DNA of 64,000 nt from Auanema rhodensis (lineage: Eukaryota; Animalia; Nematoda). The notes under the pieces were generated by a model. That model had not been told where the DNA came from, ran no database searches, and worked only from the letters and a program-made list of their open reading frames with translations. The DNA lies in NCBI GenBank assembly GCA_964057225.1, contig OZ059894.1, positions 17,980,001 to 18,044,000 on the forward strand, in the 5' to 3' direction. The position numbers and the translations under genes are program-made. Positions 1-14,200 of the stretch are shown here, piece by piece. The stretch's first letter is position 1. Every line of letters starts with the position of its first letter.

Positions 1-3000
1 TTAAATATACAATTTGTTCTCTGTGCTAAAGTACATATAATTATCATCAGAGGCAGCACGAACGGGCAATGGGGTTGTTCTTTTTGCAGCACTCCATGTA
101 TTTCTGTTCCATTTTTCTCATAAGCAAGTAAGGCTTTATGGAAATATTCAGTTCAGGATTAAAGGAATATTCTTAGTTCATAATATTTCAGTACAGCGGT
201 TTCGTATGCTGTATTTTGTCTCAAAAAATTTATCGTCTTAGATTTCTAGCTGGATCAGAGAAAGAAAAAAACTTAGACGGGAACGTTCGACGGGAAAAAG
301 ACATCCATATAAATAAATAAAAAAGGTGGTACAGGTTTAAAAACCTGTGTAAAATTGGTGGAAACAAGCACATATAAACTCATCGACTACGGGAAGAGGT
401 TGATGTAATTAACGATATTTCTTGTATTTTACTGATTATATGATAACAATATATTATAAGATCACTGAAATGATTTCATTGAACTGAGTATAAGAAATAC
501 ACGTTGTAATATAGTTAACATTATGTATTGAAATATATTTTGCACAACGAACGAGGCTGCTATTTACGGTGTTTCATAAATTAAAAGACTTATCGAATAC
601 AGACTATCATAAAGTACAATGAACTGTTGATCTTTCTTCCGGTAATTTATATTTTTTACGACAAAATAGTGAAAACGTCGCACAGATTTATATTTTAAAG
701 ACTAAAAAATCACATGAACTTTTTTGAATCTAACTTATATTATCAGAGTATTTTCAAGGTTTTTTCAAAAATGTGCAATGGTATTCATACACAATAACAT
801 ATTTAATATAAGCATATCTCATGACTTTTTTGAAATATTTCATAATTTTATGATAGATGGCTAAATAGATAGATTAGGATATAGAGGATGATGATAAAAA
901 AAATACAAAAAAAAGAAGAAATTTCATCATTATTCTTTAAAGCTTCAAATATATCCATCCTACTATTTAGCTTTAGGATTTAGCTGAACATTTCACATAA
1001 ACTTTTAATATATTCGAAATGATTTTCAAATTTAAAAACTGCCTTCTTTTAATCGTGATACTCTGTAATACTTCATTCTATTTGGTATAATTTGTCTTTT
1101 ACAAGCGATTAGAAGATCCGTAAAACGTTTTAAAACTTGTAATTAGTTATCTTAATTCATATTGGTTCCACATCATTCAGTTCAATTACTTCTATATCTT
1201 TTACATTAGGGTAAAACTTTCCATTTTCTATATAAGAGCTTTTCTAATAGATTTCTTAAAAATTGAAATTTCTGAATTCTTTTTATATTTTTCCCTCTTA
1301 TGAACTTCATTTTTTAAAAATTTTGAACTATTTTTGAAAAAACATTAAAATTTTGACTAAGTCCTGTAATGGGTTTATAATTCCTTATTTATCTAAATCT
1401 AATATGTGTTTCCTCTTTTTCGTATTTGATTGAGCTTTTTTCTTTGTTTGTTCATAATTCTCGTGTAGAGGGTTCCTTTGATGAATACTCAGAGCATATT
1501 TGAAGACTTCAAAGGCTCCGCATGAAGGTTAATATCTGCATCGTCGCAAGAATCAATCTTAACGAAACAAAGAATGTGAAGATGTTTTTTGAATGGAGAT
1601 ATTCATACTATCTTATTAGAAGAGAATGGCATCGTACTTCAAATATGAATTCCAATAAGGAATCTGTATGAAGAGGTTAAACAGAGTTATTTTGCAATTA
1701 CCCCCATGAAAATGATTCAATGTCATTTACTCCTCTACAGTCGTGCCACCCGGTGCTGCTCTAATTGCCTAATGTTCTATTTTTCAAACTTAGTTCATAT
1801 AACTGCGGCATCCTGTTGAGTTTCGGTGACATGTTGTAACTTTTTTTACTCAATAAGTTAGAATCAGTTAATTTGAACTGATAGATGACATTTGACAAAA
1901 AAAATTGTCGTAACGAATGGTTGTTGTAGTTTATCCAAACGAGGATGAAAACAGTTCTTTTTTCTAGTCTCTATGATTATAAAACCTATATAGATTTGAA
2001 TAAGCAATTTAAGCAACTTAAAGATGATATGGTTGTATTCTGGTTGGGCAAGGAGGGGGGGTTAATAATTTTTTTTGTTGACAGATACAACCTCGGATAT
2101 TAAGGCCAAATCAATAAGCAAAGCATCAGCTGTACCCAACTGCTTTTGCTACTAATATAGATCGTTGGGTGCAGCTGTTCGCCTTTTACAGTCGCCTATG
2201 CGTCTCTTTTGTCACAATATGTCATCAGATGAAATTCAAATCGCTTTCTTTTTTATTTTATTTTTGTTCTCTCTTTCTTCATAATTAACTATATTTATGT
2301 AAATATATTTATATAGTTTAAAAGATAAGATTTCTGTTTTGATTTTTTTTCATGGTAATGTCATTCACATATACATTCAACTATTTGAATTTGAATTACG
2401 TTTTCGTTATTACACATATATAGAAAAAAAAATCACACATACGCTATGTGTATGATAAAACAACATCCTTAGATAGTTATATTATCCTATCCTTTTAGTC
2501 ATTTTATCGTCCTCTTTCAAACATAAAGTGTCTTTTTGTCGTTTGTTTTGTGACAAAAGTCATGCTGAATCGTACTTCTTTTGTTTTGTAACTATTCAAA
2601 TTTGTTTACATGTTGCTATTTCCACCGTTTTCTATTCGATGCCCTGCTTGCACTATGTTTACATTGCAGTCACCTTTGCTAGTATACACATAAATTTGCT
2701 GAACGAAGAACCCTAAAACAATTATGGTGATATCAATGCTTTCATATACTAATATCATGTTCATATGCGCATACATATATATATATATATATATTTCTCT
2801 TTATATCCCACTCAGTCGTTTTCTCTAATATTTAGAACACCTTTCTTATAAAAAGAAAGAGAAATTTCCTCAAATGGAGAAATAATGATCCATGGCTTGT
2901 ACTATCACTTGAATATTCAGGCTAAAATCACTTTCACTTCTCATCCTCAGCATACACCTGTGCACTTCCACATTTTAAAAAATCTTCTTCTGTTTTCCTT

Positions 3001-6000
3001 TTCACTTGTTCGTCTTTTTTCTTCTTTTCGCTACGCTTTCATTTTCATCATAACTGCTCTATGTAATTCATCTGCAGCCGGCTGTTCGCCTATACAAGTC
3101 GATCTTTCCCTTTTGCTTTCTGTGCCTACCACCCTCTGACCTCTTTTTGGAGCCTTCTCTCACAATCTCTCAATTTAATCTACTATCTAGTCTAGCCTTC
3201 TGCTCTTTGAATATTTGAATAGACCCTTGACACTGTCAATTTCCTCTGCTTGTTCGTTACTATTCCATATACATACTCCAAATTCTGCCTGGTAATTATA
3301 TTTTTCCTTTTCCTACCGATCTGGCAATTAGTCAATTGTACCAAATCCACATGGCTCCTATTTTTGAAAATTTTTCGAATAAATGCCAAAGCGTTACACT
3401 CATGTATTCATTTTTTCTTCACTGTATCCTTCATTTCTTGTCGTAACTATCAATATTGTTGAATGAAATCATTATTTCTGTTGTGAAATTCTAAAAGAAT
3501 CTGTTTTCTGATTCTTAATTGCTATGTTACTGTGAACAAAGTGAATTTTTGTTAAATGTACGTTAAGATTTTCAAAATTCTTATTCACAAACTTACCATC
3601 GAATAACCTTTGCATACTGACTTTGATACCAACGTGGTCATCATCCAACCTTTTCCAAGGCAGAAATCCACTATTTTCTTTTGATACTCATTGCCTCCAA
3701 CCTTTTATATATGAAATTCAAATATTCATATATAATATATATTTGTCAAAAATTATTGTATTCATATCTATTTCCGGAATGAACTATTCATAATGTCTTT
3801 GTTTCATATCAATTTCTTAGTATAGACAGCTAGTATATTGGTTCTTTCATCATGAGCTTCCGAACAGAAAGTCATTCATTCGCAACTTTCGAATTTGTTT
3901 ATGATAACGTTTCATTTGTACCTTATCAATCTTTGATTTCTTACTGCTATAGCATGTTATACTGTTTGAAAATTACCTTGAAAATTCTTCCAGAGGTGTT
4001 ACTTTTTTTATTTCCACACCCATTTTTTCCTTCGTTAGCTTTACTTTAATTTACGACATGCTTTTCAAGGTTTTCAAAATTCGAACGATCTCGTCTGTCC
4101 TTGGTGGTTTTTTTCACTTTTGACTGCTCTCATCTGGTCTGTGGCCTCGTTTCTCTTTCTTTACCTCAGAAAAAACGAATTGCTAACCTAAGTCTTTTTG
4201 TGTGGCACGTTCAAATAGTTCTTTTGTCGGCTCAGCTATTCAAATGTGTCATATTGTATTGACCATATTTGTTTATTACAGTTTTGTTTTATCATATATG
4301 AATAGGAGTAATTTCCCATGACCTCAACTCTTAGTTTTTCGAAGCTATCCAATATTTTGACATTATAATATATTATTATAGATTAATATCTTGATCACCA
4401 AAAGTTTTATATTTCTCCAAATTCACCTATTTCTTTTAGATTATCTCCAAATATATATATACAACATCATAAACTCAAATTCTTATACGAAGATTCTTAT
4501 GCTTTTGCTATAACATAAGCTAGCTAGCTAGCTATCTAGTAATACTATTTTCAAATTATGGCTCTAAATCTTCATCATGGCAATTGCTCTTGTTTTTATT
4601 CCATCTGAATAATCGTAGGCTATGCTTGTGTCATGAATCGTATCCTCGTTCACTCTTCTTATGACAACCCTCATTTATGCAAATGAGAAGGTTCAAAACC
4701 GAAACTGGTTTTCAGTTCAAGTGAAAGAAACTGGATTGCGGTTTTCTTTCGCTTTTAGCACTTTTTTGATTATGCCATCCTATCATCGTCTTCAAATTTT
4801 TGAAATTTCCTCTTCAGATCATCTTTCATACACATATAGTCGGTTTCTATTTAATTTTTCTCAAAAAAGTTGTTCATTATTCATTAAAGTGATTTATGCT
4901 GAAAACCGATTTTACAGTCTATTAATAACATCTGGTTGACATGTTTTGCATTTATACTCGTCGCCGTCCTTTCGGTATAGTTTCGTCTATCATCAAAAGT
5001 CCTTCTAAACTACAGTTGTATAGATTTTTGCTTGATATATTATCATTGAATATATCGCATTGAGCGTCGACCTCTTGCCAATAACCTTTCCTTCTCTCAA
5101 CGTCTTTTTCAAATTTTTTCTGTCATTCTTCTAGTCACCTTACTGGTCCTCCTCATTCACACATCCTTGTCGTCTTTGCCATCTTCTAGATTCAGAAGAG
5201 CAGGCTAAATAATAGCTGAGTCTGATGATAGCAAATGCTATATTCAAATAGAAAGGGTGTCTGATGCGGTATTGTAATCGTGGGAAGTATGGCTGACTAT
5301 TGCATCTTTCTGTGAGTAAGATTTTTTTTCTCATTTTTGTCTCTAATCATAATGCTTTGCGCTGTATGTACCGAATTAGTGACATACATATGTGAGAGAA
5401 TGTTCAATAAAAAAGCTTTTATCTTCAAATCTTTTTTTTGAGAGAGAGACAGGACAATATTTCATTTAGTTAGTTCTTCTTTCCCTTTCTCTAGATATAT
5501 TCTTTATCCCGGTAACTTTAAAGTATTGAGCAACAATTCATCTCATGCTATGTCATCTTAGTATATTCCAAAAAATAGTTTATAACCAATGTTTATTACT
5601 TGACCTTTTTTTCACACTCAAGGTTATGTAGTCGGCTTCTTTTTTCTTCTTTTGAGTTTATTTCCTAAACCCATTGGTAATTACCTTAGTGATCAGCAGT
5701 TCTGCTCGACGTATAACTCTTCCCATTAGTATTCTTGTTGTTTTGATTTGTATTTTAGACCATTTTAGACCATTTTTAATCTATTCTATTTATTTAGAAA
5801 ACTAAAACAGTTTGTATGTGCTAAATATAAGACTCTAACATATTTCTTTGATGCCGTATGTGACCTCTCTATTGCAGATCAATGATGAAAAAGCCGTCTG
5901 TCTTATACCCAGTTGCCCTATTTTGAGCTTGCAGAGCATATCCTATATTTTTCTCTGTCACTACCAACTGTTTTCCAGATTCTCATCTTTTATATACTAT

Positions 6001-9000
6001 CTAGTAGCATCCTCAACGATTAATGCAGCTTTGATGACGCAATCTGTCGACACATGCTCTATATTTGAATCCACCGAATGGTCCGTGAACCATGTGCTCT
6101 TTCCTCATCTATATTCTGCTTTTACTCACGCAATATATACTTCGCAATACTTAATTTGAACAATTTCTGCCATCATGTTGTCAATAACCGATTGTTCAAT
6201 GCAATAACTAACAATCATTTTACCAAAGAGTTTCTAACTTATTTTTTTCTGACTCTGCCACTTTTTTCTATTTTTTTTCACAGCTATCCGATAGCTAGTC
6301 ATTCAGGTCATTGTGCCCCAAAATTTGAAATGACACGCAATACTCAGCTGACTGTCTTTAGATGTAATTGACCAACGGTTTTAGTATTGCTTAACTCTTC
6401 ACATTTCAAAAATGACCTTTACTAGGCTCTTTCTTCACCAACTTCATATGAGTTATACGTTCGTATTGCGTGCTACTATGACAATCCTTGACCGTATTAC
6501 CGATTAACTCTCCTCTTCTGAAAAGTCACAATATCTTGACCTCTGTTTCAAATTGTGGCTGTCGCCATATACAATCCCTTTTTTGAACCCATTCAATGTG
6601 AAAACTTATTCAATAAGATTTGGAAACCCTCTATCTAGTACAGTGATCATGTTCACACCCTAAAGAGTAATCCGTGCTGATGCATAGATGTATTTTCATT
6701 TCAAAAACTAAAGCTGTGCCATACGGTTGCATTCCAATTTTCATTTCTTTCTTTTCCTACCCTTCTTCTTCTTATCATACTTCTGGTTCACATTTTAGGA
6801 CACAACAGAAACGATTATTCGATATGAGTAAGAGTATGTAACATACTCTTTGACAATATACCGCATTACACCTTTTACAATTTTTGTAGACCAGAGGTTT
6901 ACCAGACATTACTGTCCAGAATTATTTTGAGCTAGTATTTACCACAATTATTGACTCTTCAATGAACTTATTCATAACAAATAGTTCATATTATCTTATA
7001 TTTTATGATTGATCTAATCGTCAACTATACATCACTTTAGTTTATCTTTTTTTTGATTTCACTATTATTTTTTATAATTCATCACATTAATACAAATGCT
7101 AAGATTGAAAGCGAATTTTGAATTTCAAGGTCGAATAGAACCCTGTAAAGAGCATGACATTGCTTGTTCTGCGTGCCGGTTCAAAATGCTGCTTAGGAAT
7201 TAGGCGCATAGGGTTATTGTGCCAGGTGTTCGTCATGTTACTGCTTCTTTTTCTTTTTTAATGCCCGACTGTTAGATTTCTATAGTAGGCTAAAAACAAA
7301 AAAAAACGAAGCATAATTATTAATTTACAAGATACGATGTATAGTTTCCTTTATAGCGTTCAATCTTTTATTTAAAAATTGGATATGGTATTGTCATACT
7401 CGTACAACATACGACTCAAAGTTTGTCATTTCCTTTAGATCAAGATATATAAGAATTATTGTAATTTTTCTTCATGTATTGTTATTTATACTTTCAATAC
7501 AACTATTCATCTAACTCTATTTCCGGAAAATATTTGATAATCTCTCATACTCGCTATTGTAATATCAAACGTTTTTATTCTAAAACTCCTTTTCAACATT
7601 TTTCCAGCTCACAGCACAATCTGGAAACTTTCTTTTTAAAATGTACTATTTATATTCTCTTGTATTATGTGTTATGTGAAGAAGATATCGCTATGACTTT
7701 CTCTGTGGGACCTCGTCTGCTTAGCAGAATTCCCCCTTTCTCTTTTTTTCTGTCATATCTCGTCCTCATTCAAATACTATGAGCCATTATTACGCTGTGA
7801 CGAGGTCATATCTGGGGTCACCGACAGAAAGAAAGATTCTTGCGGTCGATGAGGTTGAGCAAGATTAGAAATAGCTTCTGAAAAGTGAGAGAGAACAAGA
7901 AGACATAGAGTAAAGAACCGTAATTAGGACTAAAGAAAAGAAGGTGCCAGAAGAAGAAGGAGAAGAAGAGAAAGGCTATGTGATCTGAGAGTGGAATTAG
8001 GTTAAAGAGGATATATCGAACAGCTTTAGATATATGTTGTCTGTAAACGATTATTTGAAATACATCATTGGAAGCTTATGATATATATTTCCAGTAAATA
8101 CCAGATACATCTAATCGCTAGAGCACAACTGTTCAGGACTATCGTATCGGTATTTTCAAAGATAAGATTGGTTTTTATTTTTGATAAGATTTTCTAAAAG
8201 ATTTTTTGAGAGAAATGGAACGACGTTCACACTATAGTTACGAAGTATTGTACAATACAACGTTTTCTATTTATATAAGTATATATTAATAATATTTTTA
8301 TTCACACAACATCTGCTTCTTTTGTCTTATAAAGTGATTGAGATTGCTTTTTAACAGGTGGTCACAACATATTTGCCTCATAAGTTCAAAACTTTTTCAA
8401 TAGTTTAAATTAATGTATCTTTGAATAAACATAACAAGAACAATTATACAAACATAACTATATGTTCTTATGCTTTAATTTGTTTTATTATCTCTATCAA
8501 TATACAAATCCCAAAAATTTTCTCTTCACAAATTTAAATTCGAAAACAAACAACCCGCAAGAGGTATTTTGCACGCAACATATTGTCTTATATGGTCCGA
8601 TCATGAAAGTTACGCAACAATGTTTCTTTCTATCCTTTCATACCATAATAGTATTTTCAATATTATCCATTCCCATAACATAAACTTCGAAATAGTGTTC
8701 ATACCAGGTTTTGAGGAAATGGTTTTCCGCTTGATCTTCTTCTTATTATTCGGCTAAATACATTTTTCTTTAGTGTTACCGTTCGTTACTACTGACATAC
8801 TTCCTATTTGAATTGGCCTTATTTGCCAATGTATCTTCAGACAAGTCAAATCTATTTGCTTAGACATTTTTTTTTATTTCAGCCTTAATACATAGTGAAA
8901 ACAAATGCAGTACCATCCATGCAGACCTAGATTTAACTATTCGCATATATAACTGAATAACGATTAATTCTCATTAATTCAATTGTTACTTTAGATTTTT

Positions 9001-9228
9001 TTGAATTAGCTCTTATTATTGTTGTGCTCTATTCTTTGGTTAACTAGCACTTCATGACAAGTCTCTCTTCATTCTGATCAGAATAGATGATGAACATATC
9101 TCCCTCTCTGTCTGACCAATACCATTTCTTAACGAATTGTTCGAAATTAAGCAGCTGCTCTGTTTCTAGGTCTATCCACTTGGTATCTTCTTTTTCTATC
9201 ATAACCCTTTTCATAGCCTTAATATAAA

Positions 9229-9268
9229 TCTCTCTCTCTCTTTCTCTATCTCTCTCTCTCCCTCTCTC
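9229..9268. repeat. Imperfect (TC)n tract
   Basis: Directly visible. A similar tract lies near 10853-10905. Confidence 0.7.
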
Positions 9269-11153
9269 GTATTTTGCTTCTGTATCGTTCTGATGTGCTG
9301 AGCACCTTGCGATGTATTACATAACTGCTCTGCTTGGACAATGATTCAGCACAAAATATATTATTCTTATCAATATTATAACATTCTTAATATTTAATTT
9401 TTAATTTTTAATTTTGAAATTGTATATCTTATTGGAGTACAGATTGATTTCAAAACATATGCTTAAACTTTTTTCAACATTCTCACTAGAATATGGTTCA
9501 TTTCGATAAAAACGAAAAGCTGAAACATTACAGTTCTGCGGTCACTGCTCTTCAATGACATTCACGTTTTTCATTAAAGCCGAACTCTATAGCAATTCAT
9601 CTTAGTCACTTTGGACAGATATGAAAGGACTGTCTTAGCAAGTTGACTTTAACCACTGCATTTGGCTTTCAAATTGTACCGTATATATCATACAATGCCA
9701 TCTTTTAACCCCAATATGATAGGGATGTTGCATATGAAATTACTACAGTCTCTAGTATTATCTATATACCATTCCAATAATTCAATTTGTTATAGTTCAA
9801 ATGTCCGAATCCCTTAAATGGCATAATGAATGAGATGTGAATACCAGAAGATAGAGACAAATAATGGTAACCTAGTCCACTCTTTTCCTCGTCATCTCTC
9901 TTTTCTTTTTTTATTCTCTCGTTTCTCTTCATTTAAATATGTATTCTTTCGCCCTTTAACGTCATTCACCCAGTTCTAGTGCGATGGCACGCAACACAGC
10001 TGCCGACCACATTTGAATGAGCATCACCGTAACCCGCATTCGGACCGGTGCTTTCTAAGCTATTCATCTGGGGACAAGGCTGGGACACCAGTGTGACCCC
10101 ATTGTAGTTACTCGTTAACTATATCTTCAACACGAATTGTACTCATTCATCAGAAATTGTCTCTATTAGAATCATTCACATTTTGAAAATATTCTTCGAG
10201 CTATCTCGGCCGCTTTAATTGTTTCCTGTTTTTCTTTTGCCCTTGTTTCCTTTAAATTTTATAAAATTTTAATTAGAAATAAATACAAGTCTGTCTTTTT
10301 ATACACCAATTTCCAGTTTCTTTTAAAATCTACTTCTAACTTTTACTTCTATGTACCTGAACCAAAATGCTCTATGTATCAGCGTTTTCTTGTTAAGTTT
10401 CGAGTAGTTTTTCTTTTTCTTTGCTTACGCAAGAGGTCCGTAAAAGTTTTTGAGAGATCTAGAAGTCTACCTGGCTTATACTTAGTTGTGTCAGTGGTAG
10501 CCTACTTGCTTACCGCTATGGCCTAGTCTATAAACTACTATATGCTCAATTAGTCGGTAGCTCTCTTAAGACGGTAACTCAAAACTATATTACCTTTCTA
10601 GGTCGACTTACATGTGTTTGCACAAAACGACGATCTTTCGTTAGAATAGTCTATTAGTAAGTGTGGAAATTACTCAATATCCTTATTATTCTTTTTTTTC
10701 AAAAATTTTCTGTTTTTCTTCCAGTATTTTGAATCCTTCATATTCTAATAAGAGTACTTCTTGACAACGAATATAACATAATCATATACATTAATCGATT
10801 GAAAGAGATGAATATTTTATTGTTTTTTTGTTTCAATAACGCTTTTGACAATCTCTCTCTTTCTTTCTTTCTATCTCTCTATCTCTCGTTTTTTCTCTTT
10901 CTTTCTGCTTATTTTTTGAATCTTCTATTTAATTATAATTATTCCATCCGTTTCTTTACGTAAGCATTAGCTTCCTTATATTTTTTGTCAATATAATATC
11001 TCTTACTCTACTCAACTGCATATGATGTTATGCTCGAGTGTTCTTAGGTCGCGGTCATGTCGCTGAGTGATCAGCGATATTTTTCTTGTAATTTCGTTTT
11101 TTTTTCTTCATTTGAATTGAACTATTTCATATTATTTCTTTTTATTTTATTTC

Positions 11154-11159
11154 TTTCAG
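11154..11159 (+). promoter_or_regulatory. Probable trans-splice (or 5'UTR cis-splice) acceptor TTTCAG upstream of cdc-25 exon 1
   Basis: TTTCAG follows a long T-rich tract, 41 nt before ATG 11201. It matches the nematode acceptor consensus. Confidence 0.5.
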
Positions 11160-11200
11160 GTATTATTCTTCTGTTTGTAATAAAAATAATATAAGTAGAG

Positions 11201-14200
11201 ATGTACAACCTTAACGCTTCATCTAATAACTATCAAATACAACACAAACCAAGTAAGTTTTTGTAAATTTTCATATTTTTATAAGAAATATTTGTTATTT
11301 TTTATAAAAAGCATCATAGTTATACCAAAAAACGTTGGATAACTTGAAAGATTTATGCAAAATACACGATATGTAATCTAATTTGGTACCATTTTCTATA
11401 TTTGACTTTATTATTTATTTATTTTGATTGCGTCTTAGATTGAAATACCTTATTTACTATGTCATATATGAAATGAAAATCCTATAGCTAGTGTCGAGAT
11501 GAGAGATTGTATGAAAAAAGAGAGAGTGGGAGAGGATAAATGTGAGGTAAGGAGATTATTTAGAAAGAAGTACTTAAACCCAAAAAATTATGCAACTTAT
11601 GACATGGTGTCTATTTACTTAAAACTGAAATAAAATCATTTTAACGTTCGAGTAGTAGTTTAAATTTTTCTATCCATTTCTTATCGCTTCAATTCATCCA
11701 AGGCTGTCAGAGGTCGTCTTCACTGCAATTCACTCACTTCTAACCAACTTTCTCCGTTAAACGACTTCCATTGACCATAGACAATTTCATCGCGAACATA
11801 TTTGAATTAAGGTTCAAGAGAATGAAAACTACAGTATTAAATTAGGAAAATATGGAAAAGTTAATAGCTCTTCATCTTTTTTTGTTTGTTTCTAAAGAAA
11901 AAGGTTGTTTAATATGCTAGTAGGGTAGGAATATAGTTCAGAGAGCTTAGTAAGCGGGATTCTTTTGATCATAGCCAATTATCTTTCTGTCATACTGATT
12001 TTGGAGAGAAAAACAGTTAATGAGTTGTTTACCTGTTAGATGTAACATCTGCTTCATCCATACCTATATTGTTTACAGCAATTACCAACAAAACTGAATG
12101 TTTCTCATAAATGCTTGCTCTTTTTTTTCTGAATTTTGGTTAATCGATGTTAATCAACTTTTTAAGCTCAAACTTATATTTACTTACAAACCAAAAAATA
12201 TATAAATAGTTATAATTATACAATTGAAGCAATATGTTCAGTATTATTAATTTTTAGCGTTATTATTGAGATATGTCGCTATTTTCAAAGACAAAATACT
12301 TGATCTACCGGAATTATTTACAGTTTTTCCCAAAGCCTTAGAGCTAAACTGAAGTCATAAAAGTGACACCAACAGCCATTTTCTTGACCAAATGGTTATT
12401 ATATTATAAACAGACTTTTATTGTGATGAACAACTGATTGTCTTCTCAGTTTTCATTTGTTATACAACTTCGACCTATAGCCAAGATGTTCACCAACCTG
12501 ATCCTTATCAAATTCATTAGAATAACTATTTACTTCATATTACTTCTATTTCTTTGTAGTATCATTTTCAAAAATATACTCTAGTACTCATTCTATGCTT
12601 AGAATGCAGAAACGTTTCTTATCTAAAGTAGTATCGTCTGAAAGCCATCAATGATTTTTCACGGTAATGCTCTTAGATGACCTTCCAAACCTTTTGTGTT
12701 GAATCACTCATTTCACGCCTTTCCTAAGAAAATACTCTAGTAAAGAAAGAAGAACATTTATTTTTAGTTTAAAATTTCAAATGAATTTAAATTCTTCATA
12801 TCATTCGCCATTTTACGTGTTTTACGTGAAGATGGGATGCTATTTGACTATTTTCATGCTGGGAAAACGGTTGCTTTCTGTTTCTACATTAAGAACATAT
12901 CTCTATATGTATCTATATATCTATATATTTATATGTATATAGATAGATTGATTGGTTCTTAATTACTCTCTGCTTTCTTTAAATATTGTATTTTGCTTGT
13001 AGCATATTCAGTATTACAGTGGTCACTATTGGCAACTATTTCTTACAAATAGAGCATTTCTCTCAATATTGTTGTGAATAAGTAAATGACAAGTTGCCAA
13101 TGGCATACAGTGGGTCATTGCTGATGTGACGGAATGCCCCTTATAGCTCCTCCTCTAACACAAAGCTGATCTGATCCATACTGAGGCTCTATTGCTATTT
13201 GTGGTACTTAAGCTTTTGGGGTCATCATGCTATGTGTCCCCACATGCCCCACCCACTTTCATATTTGGCCTGTCTTTCTTTGCCCATTGTTATGGGGTCG
13301 TTTCATTCTGTTGCGCCATTCCTGTGAGGTCAAACAGTGTACCCACCTGAATGTTGTTATGTTTCCAACAAACTAAATAATAACTGCTCTTTGTTTTTAA
13401 AACGAATAAGTTATTAACTAAATAATTTTACATAATTTTTTTCTATATTTATAAATTTAAATTTAATATATTAGCTTCATCATAATATTTTCAGGGGAAA
13501 TGATTATGTGTCGTGAACAAAATGTATGTGACGAAGATTCTCGAGATTCTGGAATTTCTGAGATGGACTTCGAAATGCCCACGTCGTTTTCAGATATTTT
13601 TAATAGTAAAGTAAGAGATATTACAAGCAAAGCAGTAACTATATTATCATAATTTAAGGATAAAACTATGGAAATTGAACTTGATATTACTGAACGTCAG
13701 CTAGAAAAGACAACATTGTATAACAAGCGTGAGCGATTGGGCTTATCTGATATTACCAATAGGTATGGAAAGTTGTAAAATATTTTCATTTATTTCGATT
13801 GTTTGCAGCAATTTCGAATCTCCTAAGTGTAGAAAGAATTTTTCCAATTTTGCCAAACCTTTTGCTCGTGTTCACACATTTGGTCAATCGAGAAAAAGAA
13901 TAAACGCTGATTCAGCTGTTGATGTTAAAAGAAATAAGCTGGATGACAATAATTCCAACAAGAGTCTCGTTGCACATCGCCGTAATAGCATGCCACGAAC
14001 TCACTCATCATCCGTCTTAGAGCGTGGACAGTATGCTCATGTTGAAGACGAACTCCCCAAACCTCTTATTATTGTAAGTTATTATATATACAACATCTAG
14101 AGATAACTGTTTATTTTGCAGAATTACCATCTACCGCATTTAGCCGTAGACTCTCAAGCTTACCGTAGAATTCATGCCTCAACCCTCTCTCAGGTCATGT

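Noticed and set aside
6830-6850. 21-bp palindrome AAGAGTATGT-A-ACATACTCTT
   Set aside because: It is isolated and AT-rich, with no second copy or supporting context.
2528-8757. Short ORFs in the supplied track
   Set aside because: They are F/L/I/S-rich translations typical of AT-rich noncoding DNA, with no domains and no consistent exon chain.
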